From a virus (lineage: Duplodnaviria; Caudoviricetes), in IMG/VR virus record IMGVR_UViG_3300012933_000371, positions 25,989 through 89,988 of that record: 64,000 nt of DNA. The stretch is one strand, 5' to 3'. Shown in pieces: positions 52,961-61,986 of this stretch (positions are counted from its first letter, which is position 1; each line of letters begins with the position of its first letter). Both the position numbers and the translations under genes were made by a program. The notes beneath the pieces are model-generated. The model did no database searches. It worked only from the letters and a program-made list of their open reading frames with translations, and had not been told where the DNA came from.

Positions 52961-55845
52961 GTTTGATCTTTTTATATGTGTTAAGGAATACTTGGTCTGG
53001 ATTAGGCCAGTTTAGGGTCAAGGTAGTGTAAATGTGGTAAGCGAGAATTGCTAAGGCTATTAGGAGCGTTATGGCTTGTAGTGTTAGGGCAAACATCATA
53101 AGTGCTTTAACACAATGTTTTGACCACATTCAAAAGCATAGATATTTTTAGTTACCTTACCCATGTACTTGCAGCCCATGTAGTGTGATTCTATTTCAGC
53201 ATTGCGGTGTTCTTCAAAGTGCAAGATCATAGCACCGATAAGTGCTAGTACAGATACAGTAGCTAAGAGGTATAGCACTACTTCACTTGTTTCGAGTTCT
53301 CGGGGCATTGGTGTCCTTTGTTGTAAAAATAGTTATCGCACTTAGTGCAAAGCCAGACTCGGCTTTCAGTGACCTTTAAGGCGGGTTCTTGACTGCCATA
53401 AGGTCCTAGCTTTGTGCGAATAGCAGAGTGAAAGGTTCTGATAAGTTTAAGCATTGGTGTTAAAAGCATGAACCACAAAGTAGCCGCCTCCGGCGCTAAC
53501 TTGGTGTGAGGTGATATAAGTGTAAAAGACAGGAACCTCTTCACCCGTTAGTGCTAGGTAAATAAACAGACTAGGTTGTGGATCTTTGGCGTAGCTTTCT
53601 TCAAACCAACCTACGACTTTGCCGTCTTGGTCGTTTAAGTACACTAAGCGCAAGGCAATGTTGTCACCAGGGATTACTTCATTTAAACCTGTTTGTAAGT
53701 GGAATCTAATTACTCTCATAAGTCTACAATCTCCAAGAATTTATAAAGCGTAATGTCTGGTGCGGAGTATTCTTGACCAGCACAAACAAAGTTGCCTTGC
53801 TTTTCGCCAAAGTCAGTTTCATAAATCCACCACTCTAGCCAGTCCCATAAGTGTTCGCCAATGGATTCTTTTACTAATTCAGCATATGCTTTGCGTAGTG
53901 GATCGCTTACTGAGAATACTTGATTGTCTGACCCTAAAGTGTTGAAAGCTCGTTGAATCCACGCTTCTCCTGCATTTTGTGTTAATAGGGCTTGGACATA
54001 ATCATAAGCAATTTTGTGTGTTTGTTTCATGTTCTGTTTTTCATTAAAAGTAATCGTGCAGCTTCCCACTGTTCGGCTTTGGGTTCGTCTCGGCCTGCAT
54101 ACGGATTATCAGACTTCCACGAGTACACAGTTGGTGGGCTATAGGCATCGTCTGTGTGTTCAAAAGCCTCAACCAATCTTGTATAAAGTTCTTGTAGGTG
54201 TGGAGGTGCTTGAAACACAACAAAGTCTCGGATTTCTTTATTAAGTAATTCCAAGGCAAAGTTGGTGTAAACTTCTCGAATTTTGTCGTGATTCATGATA
54301 AGAGGGGTCGTGTTTGATCTAAGTATTGCTTGCCAACGGCGTGCGCGTGTGATAAGTGATGGCCTCGTGATTCAAGGTACTTGACCATTTCTTCAACAAC
54401 GCAAAATGCCTCCTTGGTTATTTGTAACGCATCATCACATCTTTTTCCCGCTGATCCACTTCCTTGAGGTGAGCATCCAGCTTGGCTTTGTCTTGTGGTT
54501 GACCCGTCTTTTTCCAAGTCGTCCATAAGTTGTAAGCTTCTGATGATGTTGCTAGATTGTGATGCTTGTACTGTACGGTTTTCATAAGGTCTATCGTTAA
54601 AAAAGTCCCACTGTTTAGTGGCGATTAAGTATTCTTTAGTTGCCATCATTTACCTCGTACCAATAAGAGTAAGAGTCAGGCTCGTCGTTAAAGTCCGATT
54701 GTTGTTTTGCATGTTCACTACAATATGGGTGGTCTCCAGCAAACTGTGTAGACCTAACCCAAGTAGCTAGTTCGTTACATTCCAAGCACGTCATTGGTTG
54801 TATCCCTGTTGATCGTAGCCAGGCCCAAAGCCTAGTGTAAAAGCAAAGCATAGTACCTGAACGGTAAATGTGTGCTGAAAAGGCCAGCGATGGTATTGAA
54901 CTCCAAAAGCAATGCCTGGCATTGTGCTCCAGTCAAATCTGTTTCCGCTTCCCATAATTTATCCTTGGTTAATGTTTTCAAGCACTCGTGTTGAGTGGGT
55001 GTCGATCTCGCTATCACTGGGGTTGTCTAGTGGAAATAGCGCACGTTCAGCTGCTGAACATAAGCTCATGCTGCCGTCGAGGTCAGGCAGTCGTGGACTA
55101 ATAGCCCAACAAGGGATGCCCATAACGTCAAACTGTTCTAAAGCAATTACAATGCTGCCGTTAAGGTAGCTGTACTCGCAGTTTGTTTTAACTAAACAAG
55201 GTGTGTTAGGTTTAATATTTTTCATTCTTTGAAATCCCAATAATTGCGTACACTATCAATAACTGCTGATAAAACACCATCAACAAAATCTTTGTCATAA
55301 GTAGTTTTAGTAAACTGGCTACAATCAGCAGTAATAATAGCCATAACTGTTTCGCCGACAATCTCTTTGGCAAACTGCTCGTAGTCAACTTGGCGTTGAT
55401 GTTGTAGTGAGTTACCAATGGGCACTAGCTTTTCTTTGCTGCAATCGCGCAAGATTTCTTTTAGTTTTTCGTTAGTCACAGAACTTCCCCACTAAATAAT
55501 CTGCAAAGTCTCCGCTCCAAGTACCTAGTTGCCAACAGCCCATGGCTGTCATAATGTTGCGATACATTTCACGACCTACTACATCTTGTGCAAATAGCAG
55601 TATTAAGACTAGTGCTGCTAACACTCCAATTCTGATAATTAGTTGCTTGCTCATTTTAGTTCAATAACCTCTGCGTTAATACATTTCCAGCCGTTTGTGT
55701 ATGTTTGTACATAAACACCGCCTACTTTACCACATACTTGCTCGCGTGCGGTATGTACTCCAGTTGCGTACATAATATACAAAAATGCTGCAACAAACAC
55801 AATACCAATTATCCAAGTAAAGTATTCGCTAATTTTATTAATCAT
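52929..55845 (-). other. Run of tightly coupled small early hypothetical genes (ORFs ending 52929, 53096, 53278, 53447, 53716, 54027, 54293, 54636, 54959, 55222, 55472, 55651)
   Basis: Consecutive overlapping minus-strand ORFs of 60-120 aa under one promoter at ~55870; several with TM helices or Cys/His motifs; none recognised. Confidence 0.7.
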
Positions 55846-55867
55846 AGTTTTCCTTATTTAAAAGAAT

Positions 55868-55918
55868 ATTATAACACAAACGACAAAAACCCCTCAAGTG
55901 CAGAAACACTGAGGGGTT
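55868..55918 (-). promoter_or_regulatory. Early promoter with -35 inside the upstream terminator hairpin
   Basis: TTGAGG-18-TATAAT; CCCCTCA/TGAGGGG stem. Confidence 0.7.
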
Positions 55919-55943
55919 AGAATTTGTTGCATAAAAACAACAC

Positions 55944-56087
55944 TTATGGTCGGTTACTAGTGGGAAAGGGCCAGTGAGGATCAATGTCCACTTTGGCTTC
56001 TTGTTTATAGTCGTGGTCTTGTGTTGCTTGGTAAGCCACCCAAATAGCCCATGCTGCGATAATTAAAACAAATGCTACTGCGTACAT
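55944..56087 (-). CDS. 47-aa single-TM miniprotein
   Basis: MYAVAFVLIIAAWAIWVAYQATQDHDYKQEAKVDIDPHWPFPTSNRP. Confidence 0.55.
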   Translation of the reverse strand: MYAVAFVLIIAAWAIWVAYQATQDHDYKQEAKVDIDPHWPFPTSNRP

Positions 56088-56089
56088 AA

Positions 56090-56701
56090 TTAATCCCAAA
56101 GAGTTTGATAATATTTGCCAAACATCATAAACGCGTGCTGTTTACGTGCTTCGTGTGCTTTTAGGCCTGCATTGTCAACCTTTAGCAGTTTAATAGATTC
56201 CATGAGATCTTCACACTTATTAGACTCGGTGTGGTCATAAAACTCTGACTTTTCATCGTCACGCTTGTGCTGAGAGAAAGCCCAGATAAGTTCGTTTAAA
56301 AACCATTCATAACGAGCTTCTGCTAGTGAGTCCCAGTCCCAGTCATTGGCTTTAGTGCCGTTGGTGCTTTGCAAGTATTCAGGAACATCTTGATCATCAA
56401 TCATGCCGTAGCCCTGCTTGTGTTGTTTAAGCTGAACTAAAAGTGGGGCAATGATAACTGCTAGGGTATGGTCAACATTCCAGTGGTCGTAGTAGTCAAG
56501 TGCAACATACTCTTGGCGAGTTTTCTTGCTTTGAATCCAGTTGCAAAAGTCATTGACCCAAGTTTCAGCAAGCCAGTCACCAAACTTCTGAGCACGACTA
56601 GCCCAAGGGCCTTCGTCGTAGCGATCAACCCAAAAGAATAGTTTGTCAGCAATCTGATAAGGGCCAATCCAGTTGGTGTACGGTCCGAGTTTAACCTTCA
56701 T
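56090..56701 (-). CDS. Conserved phage hypothetical protein
   Basis: WNVDHTLAVIIAPLLVQLK...W...LNELIWAF...FGKYYQTLWD. Confidence 0.7.
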   Translation of the reverse strand: MKVKLGPYTNWIGPYQIADKLFFWVDRYDEGPWASRAQKFGDWLAETWVNDFCNWIQSKKTRQEYVALDYYDHWNVDHTLAVIIAPLLVQLKQHKQGYGMIDDQDVPEYLQSTNGTKANDWDWDSLAEARYEWFLNELIWAFSQHKRDDEKSEFYDHTESNKCEDLMESIKLLKVDNAGLKAHEARKQHAFMMFGKYYQTLWD

Positions 56702-56960
56702 TTGGTGTACCTTTTGGGTTATTCAAGTTCTTAAAATCAAAGTCAAATTTAGCTAAGCTGTTAAATTCCATAGTTGCTGGAAGATTAACAGGCCACTTAG
56801 TGGGCAAAGTACCAGTAGTAAAACTGGGACCCTCAACTGTAACAGTTTGAGAACCTTCTAGTTTAAGAACACGCTCACGCATAAATTTTAGTTCATTTTC
56901 TAGGTATGCAACTTTCTTTTCTAAGAAATCAAACATATCTAACATTTCTTTGTAGTTCAT
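56691..56960 (-). CDS. Coiled-coil hypothetical protein
   Basis: ORF track; coupled to neighbours. Confidence 0.65.
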   Translation of the reverse strand: MNYKEMLDMFDFLEKKVAYLENELKFMRERVLKLEGSQTVTVEGPSFTTGTLPTKWPVNLPATMEFNSLAKFDFDFKNLNNPKGTPNEG

Positions 56961-57283
56961 TCAAATAACCTCAGTTGTTCGTTTACATAGTAGTGAAGAC
57001 TTTCACGAGCACGATCAAATACTTCACATGGCTCAAGCATTTCAGGCTCTAGACCCTCAACTGTACAGGCATAGTGAGCTAGAGTATAGTCAATGTCTTT
57101 CCACATTGCCTTGGCACCTTGCTTAAAGGCTTCACGCATCCAGTAATCTTTCCAACTAACAGCAGTTGGGATAGGCTGTGGGGTGTCCATTACAGTACTA
57201 CGATTGCTACCCACATCAGGATATGCTTCTTCGTAGAACCATTTGATAAATTCTCGGTCAAAGTTAATTAAGTCTTTTTTCAT
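56957..57283 (-). CDS. Hypothetical protein
   Basis: ORF track; coupled to neighbours. Confidence 0.65.
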   Translation of the reverse strand: MKKDLINFDREFIKWFYEEAYPDVGSNRSTVMDTPQPIPTAVSWKDYWMREAFKQGAKAMWKDIDYTLAHYACTVEGLEPEMLEPCEVFDRARESLHYYVNEQLRLFE

Positions 57284-57284
57284 A

Positions 57285-57455
57285 TTAGTTTATTAAGTAG
57301 TTATCAGCTTTAAGAGTTTTTTCTAAGCGCTGTGCTAACAGCTCTGCATGGCTTTTGTGGTCAGCTTGAACCTCAAAAGTCATAGTTGCTTGGTAATCAG
57401 TATACAAACTATTATCTAAGTTTCCAAAAAATAACGTAATTTTATATATTTTCAT
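57285..57455 (-). CDS. 56-aa hypothetical protein
   Basis: MKIYKITLFFGNLDNSLY...; fills the gap with overlapping start/stop. Confidence 0.55.
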   Translation of the reverse strand: MKIYKITLFFGNLDNSLYTDYQATMTFEVQADHKSHAELLAQRLEKTLKADNYLIN

Positions 57456-57649
57456 ACTCGGGCATACTTATTAAGTTGTTTAAGGGTTGCGAGGTCGGTG
57501 ATTGGTTGGTAGTTAGACTTAGCCATTGGCACAATACAGTGCTTGAACGCACGTGCTTGTTTCTCGCCGCACTGCAAACAGGTATGATAACCAATCCGCC
57601 AGCGTGCAATGGCAACAACGTCACTACAAGTTACACAATAGTTTTGCAT
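57452..57649 (-). CDS. C4 zinc-finger protein
   Basis: CxxC-x15-CxxC; start MQNY after GAGAG SD and promoter TTGAAG-17-TATAAT. Confidence 0.65.
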   Translation of the reverse strand: MQNYCVTCSDVVAIARWRIGYHTCLQCGEKQARAFKHCIVPMAKSNYQPITDLATLKQLNKYARV

Positions 57650-57702
57650 AATTCTCTCTGTAAAAGAATTATTATAAGACAAAACACCGCTAACTTCAAG
57701 TC

Positions 57703-58047
57703 TCAATCTTCAGCCCTGAATTTCTTTAGTTTATCAGTCAAAATCTTTAAGGTACGTTGGTATGCTTTAACAACAGTGTTTTGACCAACTAACCAACTAG
57801 GTTTAAGTAACATAGTTAGTTCTTCGTCTTTGGTTATTAACACAGGCTTTAAGCTTCCGTCTTCCCAAACAATCTTCTTGCACTCTACTCGTACCAAAGA
57901 GTTCTCTGTATCGGACTTCTTTAGTACTAGCATGATTCCGCCATTTCTTTCGGCAGATTCAAGTATATCTATGGGCAAATCAACAACAGTTATAGGCTCA
58001 AAGTCGTTAGAATAAATTATAGTGTTCATGTGGTTTATACATCTCAA
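57703..58047 (-). CDS. Hypothetical protein
   Basis: GGAG SD; promoter TTGTCG-17-TAGAAT at 58063-58091. Confidence 0.65.
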   Translation of the reverse strand: MRCINHMNTIIYSNDFEPITVVDLPIDILESAERNGGIMLVLKKSDTENSLVRVECKKIVWEDGSLKPVLITKDEELTMLLKPSWLVGQNTVVKAYQRTLKILTDKLKKFRAED

Positions 58048-58122
58048 TTCTCCAGTTCACTTATTCTAGCACATACAGAAAAGCCCGACAAGTCAAATTA
58101 TTGTGACCTATCGGGCTTGGTG

Positions 58123-58371
58123 TTAATTTCCTCTACATTCGTAGAAGCCTGGGTGTGTGCATTTACCTACTTCACACTCACAGTATGGAGAACGGCAAGG
58201 CTTTAATGTTCCTTGCCCCGCATTAAAAGCAGCTCTAAGCCACTCGACTACAATAGGATCTCTACCCTCAATTGCATCAAGCTGCTCAAAGAAACGCTCA
58301 GCACGGATATTTTTAGATTCTAGTTCATAGAACCAACTATCAAAATCTTTGTAATAAGGAGCGCTTACCAT
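58123..58371 (-). CDS. Hypothetical protein with Cys-rich tail
   Basis: EWLRAAFNAG motif, then CRSPYCECEVGKC. Confidence 0.6.
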   Translation of the reverse strand: MVSAPYYKDFDSWFYELESKNIRAERFFEQLDAIEGRDPIVVEWLRAAFNAGQGTLKPCRSPYCECEVGKCTHPGFYECRGN

Positions 58372-59270
58372 TTTGCTTCATTTGGAATAAGTTTACGGAA
58401 TTGTGTCCAGCCACGAAGGTTGCCAGACCATGCTTGTTCGTTTCGGTCAACGTGAGTTGTGCCTTCATCTGCAAAGCTATGTGGGCGCTTCATTGGAGTA
58501 GCTTGATGCTCAACTGGTGAAGCATGAGCAGGCTCTGACTCAATTAACTGCTTGTAAATCTTGTGTGCTTTTTCTAGGCTGTCATCTTGCTTGCGATAGC
58601 TAACTTGCGCACAGCATGAAGCAGACACAACCTTAGCATCTTCTAAAGAGATCTGATCGAACTCACCGTGAAAATACTGTAGTTCACCAGTTGGCACATA
58701 ACGAGCAGTACCTACGTACGGCAAGTGCCACTCGCCTGGCTGCAATTCATTAGGCGTACTAGCGTCATAAGCATTAAACATCTTGCTGGCCAGCTCATGA
58801 ATCTCAGGCTGTGCGTCATGGTGGTCACGCAACCAAAAGAAGTTACGCCACTCTGTTCCCGAAATCACAGTTTTCATAATCATAAACGGTTCTGTGATGC
58901 GGTTAGTGATCTGCTTGTGTGACCCTAAATCGTTGAGTTGTCTGGCTACATCAAGTGCAGCATCACGGGCTTGTGTCCATAAGTAAGCTGCCCACGATTT
59001 ATCTGAGCCTTGCAGTTCCTCCTTGGCTTTCATGCCTGGTTGATTCTTGCCCCAGTATACAGGAGCAGCAGTATTCTCACGAATGTGGTCATGCATTGCA
59101 GCCACAGGAATAGCTCGTGACGATGCTGAATTCTTTGACAACATTCGGTGAGTGTTAAGTTCTGCTAAAATAAAGCGTGGATACTCAATTTCCATAGTAG
59201 TCATGCGAATACCGTCTGATGAGATGCTATCGGCAATAATCTTAGCTGTAATCAAATCTTTGGGGTTCAT
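58365..59270 (-). CDS. thyX: Flavin-dependent thymidylate synthase (ThyX-like)
   Basis: YPRFILAELNTHRMLSKNSASSRAIP, NRITEPF, H.SP.EHQA. Confidence 0.8.
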   Translation of the reverse strand: MNPKDLITAKIIADSISSDGIRMTTMEIEYPRFILAELNTHRMLSKNSASSRAIPVAAMHDHIRENTAAPVYWGKNQPGMKAKEELQGSDKSWAAYLWTQARDAALDVARQLNDLGSHKQITNRITEPFMIMKTVISGTEWRNFFWLRDHHDAQPEIHELASKMFNAYDASTPNELQPGEWHLPYVGTARYVPTGELQYFHGEFDQISLEDAKVVSASCCAQVSYRKQDDSLEKAHKIYKQLIESEPAHASPVEHQATPMKRPHSFADEGTTHVDRNEQAWSGNLRGWTQFRKLIPNEAKW

Positions 59271-59466
59271 TTATTAGTACTTGTGTAATAGTTGTTGGAA
59301 GGTGGCTGGTGATCGTAGGCGAGAACAAGGCTCGGTATTCGTATAGGTCGTCTTGGTAAATTTCAATCCATAAGGCATACTTAGCAGCAAGTTTGTAAAC
59401 ATAGTCAATTAACTTGCTGGTCTCACGGATTTCGTAGTAACTTTTATTCACGGTAGTCCAATTCAA
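59242..59466 (-). CDS. Hypothetical protein
   Basis: ORF track; overlaps both neighbours. Confidence 0.5.
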   Translation of the reverse strand: MNWTTVNKSYYEIRETSKLIDYVYKLAAKYALWIEIYQDDLYEYRALFSPTITSHLPTTITQVLINEPQRFDYS

Positions 59467-59821
59467 ACATAAACAACTCTTGCATCCATGCAGGGACGTG
59501 ATCTTGAGTCGCTAAAATAGCCGTAATATGCTCAGAGTCTAAATCCTTTAGTGGCTTAAACTCAACAGGTTGGTTACCTTCTTTGCCACGAGTGCCCCAA
59601 CAAAATGCTTCACGACGAACGTCATGTGGGTCGTCTAAGTACACACTCATATCTGTGGCAGGAACTTTGTTTAAGATGCTGCGCTGGTAGTCAATACCAC
59701 CATCAAGCATATAAGTTTCGCCGGTAACCGCGTCAACGTGGGTCTTGTAATCATGTCTGTGAAAGCTTTGTAAGATCGTACCATCTGGAGTACGAACACG
59801 ACTTGCAATTAGTTGTAACAT
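59444..59821 (-). CDS. Conserved phage hypothetical protein
   Basis: TPDGTILQSFHRHDY...YMLDGG..Y.R...WGTRG; promoter TTGCTG-17-TATAAT at 59844-59872. Confidence 0.7.
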   Translation of the reverse strand: MLQLIASRVRTPDGTILQSFHRHDYKTHVDAVTGETYMLDGGIDYQRSILNKVPATDMSVYLDDPHDVRREAFCWGTRGKEGNQPVEFKPLKDLDSEHITAILATQDHVPAWMQELFMFELDYRE

Positions 59822-59899
59822 AAAATTCCCTTTTCAAGCCTATATTATAACAAAAAACAAAAAGCCCAGCAAGCACAAAATTGGCAAGCTGGGCTTCGG

Positions 59900-60355
59900 T
59901 TAAGCATAAAACACATGAGAACCTATTGTGGCAATAATTTGCTTGTTGCGGTTCCAGCGCGGATTAACCGCGTGAGTGTGATAATAAAGAGCATTGAAAT
60001 TAGGTATATGATGGTACCCGTCTAATACTGAGCGTGCTAAGGCTTGTACTTGTCGCCACTTAGCATAGTCTCGTATCTTTTTATGTTTGTCTAGTGTCCA
60101 TGAGAATTGTGCTTTTTCGTAGACAACACCACAAATACTAGATTTAAATTGCGTAAAGTGATTGGCGCGATTGATAGTTACCTGAGCAACTGCAATCTGA
60201 CCCTTAACTGATTCACCTCGGGCTTCGTGGTAAATGTTTTCAGCTAAGCAAGCCACATCACGTTCGGTTGCGTTAAACGGCACCGCTCGGGGAATCAGTC
60301 CCTGTTGTAGCATCATTGGCATCACTAGTAGTATTGCTGCTAGTTTTAGTTTCAT
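59900..60355 (-). CDS. SleB-like cell wall hydrolase (Hydrolase_2)
   Basis: CLAENIYHEARGES..GQIAVA.VT.NR, VVY...QFSW, ALYYH, IGSHVFY. Confidence 0.88.
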   Translation of the reverse strand: MKLKLAAILLVMPMMLQQGLIPRAVPFNATERDVACLAENIYHEARGESVKGQIAVAQVTINRANHFTQFKSSICGVVYEKAQFSWTLDKHKKIRDYAKWRQVQALARSVLDGYHHIPNFNALYYHTHAVNPRWNRNKQIIATIGSHVFYA

Positions 60356-60599
60356 GATATTCCTTTAGTTTCTGCCTGAGCTCCGCGTTTTCATTATGTA
60401 GTAGCTGCATTTCTTGTGCAATTCTACTAATAGTGTTTTGATCCATTTCAACACGCTGTGCTAGTTGTTGAAGGGCGCGAGCGGCATGTAAAGCCGTCCG
60501 TGTTGGTGGGCGGATTTCATCATAAGAGTTTTCCCCGTTTGTAACACGGTGGCGTTCCCCATTATTTAGGGCTTGTATGAGAATGTTTACGTCAGACAT
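60352..60599 (-). CDS. Coiled-coil hypothetical protein
   Basis: ORF-track protein 60273-60599 overlaps the SleB gene at its 3' end; promoter TTGAAA-17-TATAAT at ~60626-60654. The true 3' end is 60273. Confidence 0.5.
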
Positions 60600-60734
60600 A
60601 TTGATTAAAATTTAAATGAGTTGTTATTATATCACTTAGGCAAAGACATTTCAAGCCAAAATTTAAGGGACAAAAATTTTAAGTTGAAAACGCCAAGCAT
60701 TAGTGATATAATTTGAAAAACCTGAGGTCACCAT

Positions 60735-60923
60735 ATGTCAAACTCCAATTCTTATGTTGTAGAGCTAGAGCAGTTAATAGCCAACAAGCTACTGCCTATC
60801 TACGAAGCATATTGCAAGCAGAATAACCTACCAGACAACTTCTTATTACTAGACCCTAAACTTATCCAACAGGTCAAACACAAGAAAAAGGTAGCGGCGT
60901 TGCTAAGACCACCAGAAAAATAA
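60735..60923 (+). CDS. 62-aa hypothetical protein
   Basis: GAGG SD, divergent promoter upstream. Confidence 0.6.
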   Translation: MSNSNSYVVELEQLIANKLLPIYEAYCKQNNLPDNFLLLDPKLIQQVKHKKKVAALLRPPEK

Positions 60924-60960
60924 AATTGCGTTGGCGTGCCTTTTATACTATAATATAAGA

Positions 60961-61135
60961 TTCTCGGGGTGTTGCCGTTGACCCCGAACAGGCGAGTGCT
61001 AAGAAACAACTCAATCCGCAAAATCCAGTATCGAAACTTGGCTCGGCATGGCTAGGTAGGACAACTTGGATGTGAGATGTAAACCCTGTTGCCGCAGGAT
61101 TTCTCAGGGTTGCGTCCCTCGCGGGCGCAATTTCT
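60961..61135 (+). ncRNA. Candidate ~175-nt structured sRNA or leader
   Basis: Promoter TTGCGT-17-TATAAT (60926-60954); stems TCGGGG/CCCCGA, AACCCTG/CAGGGTT and TTGCGTCC/GGGCGCAA followed by TTTCTT. Confidence 0.55.
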
Positions 61136-61163
61136 TAAGTGTATAACGTGCATTTAATAAATT

Positions 61164-61745
61164 ATGAAAACTCCAACTAAACCAGGGTTATTACAATTAA
61201 CCCGACTAAATAAAATTATGCCAAAACAAGACGACTTATTTGAAGACACAGGTTCTATAATGGAACAAATGCCAGAACTAGTAAAAGCAGTAAATGCCGT
61301 GGAGCGCGAAGAAGCTCAACTTAATGCAGCATTTGCTGACTATAACAAAAGCGTGTTTTTAGAAGCAAGCAAAGAGTTTCCTCAAGCTGCTGATCGAGCT
61401 GCCCTCAAAGGCACGGCTATTAAATTTGACACTGATAAATTACCACTAAACTTGCTTTCAACAGAAGCAATGAATCAAACAGCGGCAGTATTAAAGTTCG
61501 GTGCTATCAAGTACGCAGAACATAACTGGCGTAACGGCTTCCAATGGAGCCGACCCTTAGCTGCAGCAATGCGTCATCTTACCGCTTTCAACGACGGTGA
61601 AGATCGAGACCCTGAGTCAGGATTATCACATCTAGCTCACGCCGCTTGTTGCATTATGTTTTTACTAGAGTTTGAAAAGACTCACAAAGAATTAGATGAC
61701 CGATACAAGCCCAATGTACCGCAGGTTAGCAAAGCACCTGAATAA
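61164..61745 (+). CDS. dATP/dGTP diphosphohydrolase N-terminal-domain protein (DUF5664-like)
   Basis: KFDTDKL...FGAIKYAEHNWRNG...AAAMRHL...GEDRDPESGLSHLAHAACCIMFL. Confidence 0.85.
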   Translation: MKTPTKPGLLQLTRLNKIMPKQDDLFEDTGSIMEQMPELVKAVNAVEREEAQLNAAFADYNKSVFLEASKEFPQAADRAALKGTAIKFDTDKLPLNLLSTEAMNQTAAVLKFGAIKYAEHNWRNGFQWSRPLAAAMRHLTAFNDGEDRDPESGLSHLAHAACCIMFLLEFEKTHKELDDRYKPNVPQVSKAPE

Positions 61746-61929
61746 GACACGAAAAACTCTTACGCAAGTCTGCGTTGAATTAAACATTGATATTGATGAC
61801 GTAGAAGACGAGTATCTTCAACAAGCAATCGACCAGTGTTCTCATTGCAATATATGGTCTACTGACTTAAAAGATGACGACTACGGAAACTTAGTGTGTC
61901 ATCTATGTTTTCGCTTAGTAGGCCAATAA
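61696..61929 (+). CDS. Zinc-ribbon protein
   Basis: Two CxxC motifs. Confidence 0.55.
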   Translation: MTDTSPMYRRLAKHLNKTRKTLTQVCVELNIDIDDVEDEYLQQAIDQCSHCNIWSTDLKDDDYGNLVCHLCFRLVGQ

Positions 61930-61986
61930 ATATAATCTTGAATTAAACAATTAAAAAGTGTATAATTAACGCTTCAAAGGATAATT

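Noticed and set aside
57452-57649. TraR/DksA homologue
   Set aside because: Cys spacing is 15 rather than 17, and the DxxDxA coiled-coil tip is absent; kept as a generic zinc finger.
60961-61135. tmRNA, 6S or SRP RNA
   Set aside because: No tRNA-like ends or CCA, no long central-bubble hairpin, no SRP GGAA loop motif.
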